Shown: positions 9,931 to 19,257 of the stretch, in pieces
Layout of the letters: each line of letters begins with the position of its first letter
Numbering within the stretch: position 1 is the stretch's first letter
Assembly (NCBI GenBank): GCA_000934665.2
Contig: KZ538359.1
Coordinates: 61,161-81,160, forward strand
Reading direction: 5' to 3'
Length of the DNA stretch: 20,000 nucleotides
Origin: Catajapyx aquilonaris
Lineage: Eukaryota
Made by a program: the position numbers and the translations under genes
Notes under the pieces: model-generated
Told to the model about the DNA's origin: nothing
Databases searched by the model: none
The model's input: the letters and a program-made list of their open reading frames with translations, nothing else

Positions 9931-11012
9931 ATAATGAATCGCGTGATTCTTCGCAATAGTTGGTTGGAAAGACTACCTACAATTGTGGCATATGTATTCT
10001 GATTTTGTTTGAGAGTAGAAGAGAAAATAATATTGTGGCAATGCTGGGCGTTATATTTGGGAAGGGTTAATTGAGTGGCGGAAAGGGGTTTCGTAGTAAT
10101 CACCGCGTAAATACAATCTCGTTCCTGTTTTTAGTGATTAATACTTGACTGCGTTGGTATTAATTATCGCGGCGGGGTAATCGGATCAAAATTCTGTTGA
10201 CGTGTCCATCAGCATCCGAACCAGGACCAATGTCCCTTTCATGTCAGCTACGCACTTGAAAGTGACAAACTTCATAGTCGTCACAAGTGCAGGTAACAAC
10301 TGCGGCTAAATAATAATAGTAATTCAAGTAATTGAACTACGACGATGAAAAATTGTACATACTTGTAGCCTATACTGTACATGCCAAAACTTTCACTCGA
10401 CGACTATTATACCCCTAACTAGGAAAACGATCGCTCTTTTCTAGCCTACGGCCTGGGGTACCTATTCGGCGCACCATATCGCCGGGGAATGGACAGTTTC
10501 CCCGGCAATCCAACAGAGGAGTTGTTTACACCCCATTGCGCATGAGTAGAACGCGGGCCAATGGGGAGGAAGCGGTAACAATATGCGGCGGACCAATCAG
10601 AGGGCTCGGCCAACTCCCGCAAGGATTTTAATATTATAGATGTTAGACCATGTATTTTTTTAATTCTCCGAGAGACGGCCTTAGAATGAGTGACTATATA
10701 ATGTGAGAGTTGAAACCGTTTGATATTTTCGTTTTCGATTCGTTTGTTGGGTGGTAAAAGGCGTGAATCGTTAACATGGCATCCGGCCCACTCACTCACT
10801 AGTTTTTCCCTCCTTCCGCAGTAAAAATAACCCGTTTTCTCATTAGGTCGCGTTTGTACCAGCCCAGCTCTTGGCACAGAGGACGCCGGGAGAGTGCTTT
10901 GGAGGAAGAGAGAGTCGGTCTCGCAAAATTTGGGGTGGGCCAAGGCAAAATGTCGTGACGGGAGACAGACACCGGGTATTTTGTGCTTGCTCGAGGGAAC
11001 GACGACCAAAAA

Positions 11013-11032
11013 AAGAGAGAGAGAGAGAGAGA
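11013..11032. repeat. (AG)n microsatellite
   Basis: About 10 AG units preceded by an A-tract. Confidence 0.9.
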
Positions 11033-13018
11033 AAATAGTTGAGCAATGCATACCAAGCTTTTTCTCAATTACATCGTACAGTACATGAGATTAGCAGCTG
11101 CACTGATTCGCGCAAATCAAGTTTCGGTTATTAATCAATAATATGCAGCAAGTAATGTAGCATTGAAAAATTATGAAACGTGACATTATCTCAATTTAAT
11201 CCTATTTGTGCAAATCAGTACTGGTAAGTAATGCAGCAATTGAAATAATGATGAATTGTGACATTATCTTAATTTAATCAATTTGTGTAAATTAATATAC
11301 GCAGCATCCTTTCGACCCTTTGAGTGTGTCGACGACCTTCAGGCGATGCAACGACGCAGTGCATCGATATACCAGCTATATATCCGGTACATACACCTCG
11401 ACTATATAGGCAATAATACCAAACGTTCATTTCATCAGGATCCGGGTGTAATATAAGTTACGTGGCTTATTATTACTCTCCGGATGTTATATAGGTGCAC
11501 AGCAGGCGCAATAATAAGAGAATTCCGAACGTGACTTGCGCGGTTTTCAAGAGTCCGTACAAAATACGAGTACGTGTCAACAGGATTTTGCGCATTCCGC
11601 ACACCAATTTATTGCAGTGGGCATTGAATATGAGAGGGGGCCTGGATGCGATGCTTTTTTTTTTGTTTGAATGGGAAAAGGATTTATGGCAGTCGGTCCA
11701 TCACTGTTTATTTCGATGGTTTTCCTCTCCATAGTTTCCAGGGATTGATTGACGCCGATTTCCAGACCTGGAAAATCATTTTCTGCTGACAGTACATGAA
11801 CCTCGCGGTAATGTTTCATATACAGGTACGCCTCTTTATAACATGGAAATGTATGCAGACAATAATGTATAGCTGTAGCGGTTGAATATAACTACTTTTT
11901 TCATCATACTGTTTTTTTTTGTAAATTTTTGTAAATTTGATTATTATTCGAAGCATTTTAAATGTATGTTTTAAGTCAATTCACACTATTTGAAATTGCG
12001 TTATTTAATTAGAAAATGCATAGCGTTTCTTAACCATGTATTCCATGTATACTATTTGCATTTATGACAGCGTATGTTGATTCATATGCGCAATTCAAAA
12101 TTTCCTGCTGGTCTCTCTATTATTATTGTCTCATTGGCTTCATAATTTTGTGGAAATTATAAGCAAACAAAAAAAAATCTCCTGGGAGTTTCGAGACGAG
12201 CAGGAGCAATCAAGGTGTGCGTGACACCTGTCATTTCCAGGTCCCCCTAATTATAATTAAGGGGCTGGAGTTTTTTTTTAGGGAAAAAGGGGGGCTGCCT
12301 CTCTGGAATTAAAGCATCGCGCTAATTGGGCCCCATTTTTTTTTGCAATCGTCGTTTCGGGTCAAAGAACAGATTTTTCCCTTAGCTCTTGATATTTCTT
12401 TTTTGTAGATGATCGCAATGTTTTTGGTCATTCAGTGAATGCCACCAAACTGTATAGAAATGTGAAAAAAATTACAATCACAATTGAACGAGCCATATTG
12501 TGCAACTATCAACCAAAATTGGCAGTAAAATAATTGTCATAAATCGTTACATATAAGCAAATGCAGTGGCTGTTTACTTGAGCCATGTACCATCCTGTAC
12601 ATTTTTTTTTTGTTCTTCTTCCTCAGTTGTGACTGCTCCATAATCAACAACAGTAGTCTACACACACGTTTTGATATTTCGAGCCGCAGACAGTTGTAAC
12701 TCTGCCAACTCATCACACCTGTTAAAATGCATTGTACAAAGTCGGGCCTGCCGGGAAAAGAATCACTAAAGTGTGTCTGATGCAGACTAGGAAAAAAAAT
12801 ATATGGAGCTATTTCTAGCCAAGCTATTACGAGAGGCAATGGACCTGCACTATTTCTTAGCAATACTTTTTTTTAAATGTATGTAACAATAATATATTTT
12901 ATTACAGACTGCCAATTTGTTCAAAAAATCGCTCCAGTTGCTTCAATGTACTGTCGGATGTTGGTGGTGCATCTGTTTCATACTCATGTAATAATTGAAT
13001 ATAAAAAGTGGTACTCAC

Positions 13019-13402
13019 GAGGATGCGTCCTGTGGTGGACTGTCCAGAGATGAGTTCTCCAGCCCAGTCCCTGGCCTCCTGGACAAAGGTGCCCTCGAAC
13101 TCCTGCTTGACCTGCCTGGTAGCTGGCGCCTGCTGCTGCGGATCCTTCGCTTGCTGCTGTTGTAGTTGCTGCGCCGCCTGCTGCTGCTGTTGCTGTTGTT
13201 GCTGCTTTAGTTCGCTCTGTGAGAACGAGTCCGAGGACGAGTCCTTCCGGCAGCAGAGGAAGGAGAAGGCCCTCCAGAGCAACACCACCATCAGTCCAGC
13301 GATGAAGGTGAAGATGCTGGACAGCAGGAAGCACCACCACTTTCGATCGGTCAGGCATATCTTCTCCTCCTCAGACAGCTCAGGGGGGTCGTCGTCGCAC
13401 AT
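13019..13402 (-). CDS. slo: Slowpoke / BK large-conductance Ca2+-activated K+ channel alpha subunit, first coding exon (N-terminus, S0 helix, S0-S1 loop); gene continues leftward beyond the window
   Basis: The translation contains RKWWCFLLSSIFTFIAGLMVVLLWRAF..CCRK and KQEFEGTF..EARDWAGELISGQSTTGRIL, which I recognise as hallmark arthropod Slo1 sequence. Similarity stops at a phase-0 donor CTC|GTGAGT (intron starts 13018). ATG is at 13402 with an in-frame TGA five codons upstream, and an acceptor-like TTTTTTAG|G lies at 13434/13433. The exon is 384 nt = 128 codons. Confidence 0.97.
13130..13204 (-). repeat. Coding CAG/CAA repeat (Q9-AA-QQ-L-Q4-AKDP-Q3) in slo exon
   Basis: Read directly from the sequence; Q9 spans 13204-13178. 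Confidence 0.95.
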
Positions 13403-13433
13403 TGTCCGCTGCTGTCACAACAGTACCGCGTAC

Positions 13434-14160
13434 CTAAAAAATTGTGCGGTACCCCCCAAACACACCCACTCACCCCTCCACTATAGTCCACCAAACTAGT
13501 CCTATCCTTTGCTGGTCATCTCGTGTCTCTGAGCAGGCGGCTGGCTCTGGCAATGCCGATGCAGAAGGTGGACACACCGTACCGACATACCGGACACTTT
13601 CCCTCACCCCTCCCAAATAATTCTATATTGTTCACTTGTTGTTTGTGTGTGTGTTTTTTTTATAATGTGTTCAAAGAGTATCGGGGCTGGTCCGGCTCTC
13701 ACTCGATCCAACTACACTCTATCTACTCTTTCCGCCTGGCTTCTGGCCCGCCCGGACTCAATCGATAGGCGCCGGCCTATCCGGAGGCGCCACGTCATCG
13801 CTCCATAGCAACAACTATAGCCTGCACTATTCCCCCCCCCCTCCCCCTTCCCTCCACCTCTCTCCTCTGCCAAAAAGACGCCAACCCCTAGGCTCGGGGC
13901 TGCCGAAATGGACCTGCGCCAACTCGGAGCAGGCGACGTCATTCCTGCCCAGGTACACTGGATGTGTCGAGGAGAACTCCCCCCTCAAAAAAAAAAAAAA
14001 AATTAAAAGGAAATTCCTCCACAGGTCATACCGTCGGTCCAAAATGAGTCGAAAATGTAGGTGTGTGAAATGTCCAAAACTGAACGTGTAACGAGATAGA
14101 CCCCTGTGGGCTTTGTCCGCGCGGTGACTCATCACCAACGTGCACACAGTACTACTTTCC
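13434..14160 (-). promoter_or_regulatory. Putative slo proximal promoter / 5' non-coding exon region
   Basis: A CpG/GC-rich stretch directly upstream of the coding exon. It holds AP-1 TGACTCA (14125-14131), CRE-like TGACGTCG (13934-13941) and TGACGTGG (13790-13797), an RFX-like GTTGCTATGG (13804-13813), and a donor-like CCG|GTATGT at 13590. Confidence 0.5.
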
Positions 14161-14394
14161 CCCAGAGGTGGCAGTAGTGTGCAGAGGGACAGCCTATGTG
14201 CCCACTGGTAGTGGCTTATGTACTACTTCCAATTAGGGTAGGGACAAAATTAGGGATTCTTTAGGTCCTGACTAAAGTTACGGTTCAGCTCAATTGGCAT
14301 GTTTATGGATAGTTTCATTAATCATCATGCAGTATGTAGTGTGCATTATGAGCATATTATGAAAGCAGTGTTCATTCGTTGAAAAAGTGGAGAT

Positions 14395-14476
14395 TTGGCT
14401 ATAACAGACCTCGGTTATTATAACAGACTACGTTTTCCGCGGTCCCTTGAACGTCTGTTATATCCGGATTCAACTG
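14395..14476. mobile_element. One end of a pogo/Tigger-like (Tc1/mariner superfamily) MITE
   Basis: Read on minus: TA|CAGTTGAATCCGGATATAACAGAC..GGGACCG..GTCTGTTATA, with internal direct and inverted TATAACAGAC repeats. This is the usual pogo-derived MITE terminal layout. A second TIR is not evident. Confidence 0.6.
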
Positions 14477-14527
14477 TATTGCTTTATGCTGATACCACCT
14501 AATTACCCCAATATTACCACTGATCTA

Positions 14528-14645
14528 CACTCTAAGAAATGTCCGGGTTAAATGTATTTATCCCGGAAAAAATATCACTTTTGTCATGGTTATTTAACCC
14601 GGACATTTTAGTCATGGTTATTTAACCCGGACATTTCTTAGAGTG
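14528..14645 (+). mobile_element. Short TIR element (MITE family B) copy 1, 118 bp with an internal 27-bp tandem duplication
   Basis: Perfect TIRs CACTCTAAGAAATGTCCGGGTTAAAT / ATTTAACCCGGACATTTCTTAGAGTG, flanked by TA on both sides. Confidence 0.85.
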
Positions 14646-14661
14646 TATACACCGAGGTATA

Positions 14662-14752
14662 CACGCTAACAAATGTCCGTGTTAAATAACCATGACAAAA
14701 GTGATCTTTTTTTCCGGGATAAATACATTTAACCCGGACATTTCTTAGAGTG
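14662..14752 (-). mobile_element. MITE family B copy 2, 91 bp, inverted relative to copy 1
   Basis: Same TIRs (left one with 3 substitutions), TA-flanked. The interior is the near reverse complement of copy 1 without the duplication. Confidence 0.85.
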
Positions 14753-15542
14753 TAGCCTGAGTTCGAACGGGTACCTCTGATATTAATGAAATCCAATGAT
14801 TAGTTGCGATGTCTTCAGGCGTTTAAAATTTTAAACGCGAATAAAATGTTTTCAAAAATATCACTGAGCTCGTTTTGTGACATTCAGACATTACAGGGTG
14901 ATCATGTACTGGAGAACTGGAGAAGTATAGCCAATAAGATTTAATCGCTTAAAATAGCCTATTTTCCTGGCTATTTTCCACGTTCAGCGTAAATATGTTT
15001 ATTAGTGACAAATAATCGCTAATTGGATCTTATGATTGGGAGGCTTACAAGTGAAATGAAATGTACTCTGGCATGTTCATGTTCACTGTGTGATATGTTG
15101 TGTTGAGGCATGGTTTGAAGTTTTGAGAGGACTAATTGTACAAACTGTGAGAGTTGAATCAACGGTCGCCAGATGGAAACCGCGCAGACGACTATTGCTT
15201 GGCACTATTTCAGAGCCAAGCTTGAAGCGACACCCGCCGATTAATGTCCGCAATGGTTACGAATTTTTCGCACTAATAAGCCCTGATATAAGACCGGGCA
15301 ATACGTCATTTTTTTCACGTCAGGAGAGGACGAGATAAATTCGTCATTATGTCAAAAATTCCATGTCATTTTGGACGGCATAATGACGTACTTTGAAGAC
15401 GTCACTAACAAATTTTTGATATTTTAATATAAGTTATTCCACATATATTACAGAATATATTGCAGAAGATGTACGAATTAGTTTGTGCAAATTTTTATTT
15501 ATGTAATGTACATGCGAATAAAGCTGCCACTGAGAGAACCAA

Positions 15543-15548
15543 TTTATT
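15543..15548 (-). terminator. Candidate polyadenylation signal (AATAAA) of the sulfotransferase gene
   Basis: TTTATT on the plus strand, about 190 nt past the stop codon; a second one lies near 15494-15499. Confidence 0.5.
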
Positions 15549-15736
15549 TGCAGGCTTTGTTTCAGACGTAACTTCTCCACTACCTGCCCGAGTGTTTTTT
15601 TTTTGAAGACTTAACCATTTCTTTAAATCTCCCTAAAACTATTGGCAGGTCGACTTACCAAATAAATCTGTCGTAATCAATGTTCATTTCCATGAATTAA
15701 TGGTTATATGACTGGATGAGGTTTTTTAAAAAAATG

Positions 15737-17767
15737 TCAGTTTCTGCATTTCCATTCCCTGATTGGCATGAACGATTTCTGATGCGTCTCGTTGTCAGCC
15801 TTGATGTATCCCCACATGTCCATGGCCTTCCAGCAATATTTCTGGATTGACTTCACCTCCTGGAAGGTCAGGTCGTTTCTCCAGTGGAAAGCATTCGCCT
15901 TGGAGTCTCTGAAGGTTGAGTACATGTCACCAGACCTGGCCTTTGTGTGGGTCTCCAGGAATTTGGTCACCAAAGGATGCACGTACAGACCAAAGAACTG
16001 GAACAGGTCCGATGTGACATTGTACGGATCCAGTGACAGGTCTTCGTATCGTACCACCCTGTCAGGAGGAACAAGAATGACCTGCTGTCCATGGTGATCT
16101 CTCAGGATCGTTGACCTCATGCGATCAGACTGACCTGAACCGATCTTTGTATTTGCGATGCAGAGATTTAGCAGCTTCATAGTCGGTGACCATATCATTG
16201 CAGGCGAGACGATAGTCGTTGCAGTCTGAGTTAAATTTACACCACACTAAATTCCTCCTGGACAGCATCATTCCTCGTGGATCTCTCACAAGATACACAA
16301 TCCTCAGGTTCAATCTGGAATGTACTGTTCTGCAGGATTCAACGATAATGATAAAAATAACAATGGACTTACTCCGGGTCATCCAGAAGATACTTTGCCA
16401 GCGAGAGGCTGAGACGATTAATCTTCATGGCCTGGAATGGAAATACCCTGCAAAACTGGTTGAAATACTCGGTGTCGAAGCAGAGGTCCGGATAATTAGC
16501 ACATTGTTGCCACAAACGACGATTCTCTCTATAAATAACTGCCAGGTCTAGAATATTTCTGATGGTTATGCCTGAAAGTGGAAACATCAGCAAAATGTTA
16601 TAAGCCAATGCATTGATTATAAAATATGCAATTATGGGGTCTGGGCATTGGAGGTAACTTGAAATAATTGCACAACCTTCAGTACGATTGCATGTCAGTA
16701 TTTGCTTGACTAGTGTGAGCGCCGTTTGAGAGATTGGACCCTCTCTGATCGTATCAGCAAGGCCGTACCGAAGGAGAGGTTCGAAGGAATAGAAAGTGGC
16801 CGGATGACTCTCCAGAATATCACCCAAAAATGTGGATCCTGATCTCCAGTGGGACACAATCACACTTCTGATAGGCTGGCCTCCTTTGCTCATCACGAGG
16901 TCGTCCAATGTCCTGCACAATGCATAGCAAAATCTGATGAGAATAGAGCAAAACATATATGGATTTATGGAACCTTGTGATCGACAAGTCCAAGAGTATA
17001 CCAATTTTCATAATATTATTGCAGACTGCTCATCAATAATTATTAGAGAAATCATCACTGACATTAAAATATGATCAATTTTCTCACTTAGGTACTCCTG
17101 GATATGCCAACAGAAGACAGTGTTTTCAAGTTCAGGATTTACAGTCTCAAGTTAATAAAGTCAATGTAAAATCATACTTTCCAGGAGAATACAAGTATCC
17201 CTGAAGTTCTTGTTCGTTCAACAGCTCCTGTCTCCTTAGTACTTGGCTGAATTTTTCGCGGTGAATTGAGTTGTTCAGGAGGTGATGTCTGGAAGAATTT
17301 TTCGTCTCTAATGTCTGCAAATGTAATTATTATAATTTATATGAACTGTAGTAAACACAACCTTATAAACTATTTGCATGACAAGTTGTTCCGGCGCAAT
17401 GATTTTGGCAATGTTCGCAGGAGTGAAAACTTACTGTACGTGCAATTGAAACCGTGTTGCGATTGTCTTGGCTGATGTCCTCGGAGTCGTCTTCGTAATG
17501 CACGCTCTCTGATTCATTGGCAGCTGCTGGTGTCGGCTCTGGTTTTGGAGCAATGGACATCAAGGTCGAGTAGTTCAGAATCGAGACAACCAATATGACA
17601 ATGAACATCAACAGCAGTAAGCACGTGAAGCCATATCTGATCCCAGCAATGCGACTGCGGAATAATGAAGGTCAGATCAGCATCTGTGGCCCTATAATTA
17701 TAAGAGAATCGATTCGAGAAGCAGACGAAAGGACTCACGACATGACTCCATTCCTCCGGTACGACAT
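15737..17767 (-). CDS. Carbohydrate (Gal/GlcNAc) 6-O-sulfotransferase, CHST1/4/5/6-like, type II Golgi membrane protein; 7 coding exons: 17767-17739, 17654-17435, 17314-17178, 16912-16677, 16571-16373, 16314-16135, 16058-15737 (1323 nt, 440 aa + stop)
   Basis: Family motifs are present: 5'-PSB HWRSGSTFLG, FYSFEPL, 3'-PB IVYLVRDPRG..SR, VRYEDL and STFRDS...HWR. There is an N-terminal signal-anchor (FTCLLLLMFIVILVVSIL). All six modelled introns are GT-AG with matching phases (2,0,2,1,2,2), and the joined length is divisible by 3. The four 3' exons are firm; the three 5' exons are somewhat less certain. Confidence 0.92.
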
Positions 17768-17855
17768 CCTGAACTTGACTGCTGGCCTCGTACTGTACAA
17801 TGTACGTTAAGGACGCACAGTACAAGCAAAAGTCATCTGGTCGGCTTATGCCACG

Positions 17856-17866
17856 TCTATATAAAA
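17856..17866 (-). promoter_or_regulatory. Candidate TATA-like element upstream of the sulfotransferase start
   Basis: TTTTATATAGA on the minus strand, about 90 nt upstream of the ATG at 17767. It reads TATATAAAA on plus, so orientation is ambiguous. Confidence 0.35.
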
Positions 17867-18603
17867 TGCCCCTGGCCGTGCTGAACTAACCTATAACTTG
17901 CGCAATGATGTACCTATCATTCAGTTATATTGCACCAAATGGTACCGAAATTACCCTCCGTTGTGCTGCTCAGAATGCCATTTCGAAACAACCGTTGCGT
18001 AATAAAAATGGGTATACGCAATGCAACCTGCTGGTTTCTGTTGCAAACCTATGGGTAGCATGCCAACCAACGGGGATTGCCATGGCAACTCTGGGGCTTT
18101 CGTTGCTGTTGCCATCCGTGGTTGCCATGGTGTAACCGCCAACACGATGACCACATCCAACAATGATAGATTAATAATTATTAATTTTGTGGGTCGCATT
18201 TTCCATGGAAATGACAGGCTGTGCGAAGAACGGGCGCGGGCGCTGCTTCTAGCTTTTTTTAAAATGTTGAAACTGATGTCATACTGAAAATTACGCAAAA
18301 ATGTACACGCTACGTGCAAGTCACCCGCCAAAAATAAATGTGGCATCAGTATAGCCTACTGTTTTTTTTCTGCCTGCCTTAATTACGCTTACTATTACAT
18401 ATTGTAGCTTCTCCTTTATTCTCAGACTCAACACATATGTTGATCGTGTTTACATGAGTCACAAATAATGGTGTTGCGAGTTGGATTGGTGAAAAGTGGT
18501 TTGTTTGTCCTCAACTCAACCACCACCACCACCACCAGAGTTGAGGTGGTAACTATATCCCCGGACAAACAAACAGACTGATTGAGACTATTATAGGCGA
18601 ATG

Positions 18604-18821
18604 TTAACGAGCGCAACTTAGTTCACACCACAGCTCGCGCAGCTTGCAGGGTTGGCATTATCAATGATATCTGGTACACTCTCTGGATAGTTGTATTTCC
18701 AACGCTACACCAAAACTCAGAGACTATACGGGTATGTTTGGCCCCTGGTGAGTAACTCTTTGGCAATGGTGTCGGAATTTGGAGCTGCGCGAGTGTGGGT
18801 GCGCACTCGGTTGCGTTATAA
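18604..18821 (-). mobile_element. MITE family A, copy 3
   Basis: It starts ACGAGCGCAACT and contains GGTTGGCATTATCAATGA and TATTTCCAACGCTAC. GGAGCTGCGCGAGTGTGGGTGCGCAC is the exact reverse complement of 8008-8033. Confidence 0.8.
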
Positions 18822-18834
18822 TTTTAAAAAAAGT

Positions 18835-19209
18835 TTATAGTGCGCCATATATGTGAGGGGTATGGTACTACATTGACAGTTGTCCATTTGGTTTCTCCCC
18901 AAGCGTAGCGCTGGAAATACGTGCAGCGCTCATGTGCCACTTTCAGAAAGTGAGGTATGACGTTTCATAAAGCACCAATCAGAGGCACGATCATCTTGAA
19001 GCTCATTGGGCGGCAGGGAGAGGATTGTGTGACTCTGATTGGTGCTCTATGAAACATCATCATATGTAATGTCGCTTTATAGAGAAGTGGTCATACTTTA
19101 TCTACTCATACACCCCACTGCATGTAGTACATCGCTTACCAGCTGGCATTAATAATGACAACCGTGCACGATGCGTGAACTGTGGTGCGCACTCAGTTGC
19201 GCTCGTAAA
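18835..19209 (+). mobile_element. MITE family A, copy 4 (degraded left end, internal foldback insertion)
   Basis: CCCAAGCGTAGCGCTGGAAATACGTGCAGCGCT matches copy 1, and it ends AACCGTGCAC..GAACTGT..TGCGCACTCAGTTGCGCTCGTAAA. The left boundary is approximate. Confidence 0.7.
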
Positions 19210-19257
19210 TGGTGGTACGATATTATGTAATCGTGTTTTTTTTTCAGTGTTTTTCTA

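Larger units (their letters stand above)
1..13018 (-). other. slo: Large slo intron (more than 13 kb) following the first coding exon
   Basis: A canonical GTGAGT donor starts at 13018. The expected next peptide (S1, VVLVFILSIASL-like) was not seen in the ORF track or by eye in 1-13018. The region is repeat-rich. Confidence 0.8.

Noticed and set aside
10446..11051. 201-aa minus-strand ORF with a hydrophobic start
   Set aside because: The hydrophobic start comes from a CT microsatellite, there is no recognisable domain, and it is not Slo sequence.
12902..13018. C-terminal part of the 166-aa slo ORF
   Set aside because: It is read-through into the intron past the GTGAGT donor; Slo similarity stops at GRIL.
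13008..13499. Plus-strand Cys-rich 163-aa ORF
   Set aside because: It is the antisense shadow of the CAG-rich slo exon.
15792..17810. Plus-strand ORFs over the sulfotransferase
   Set aside because: They are antisense shadows with no independent motifs.
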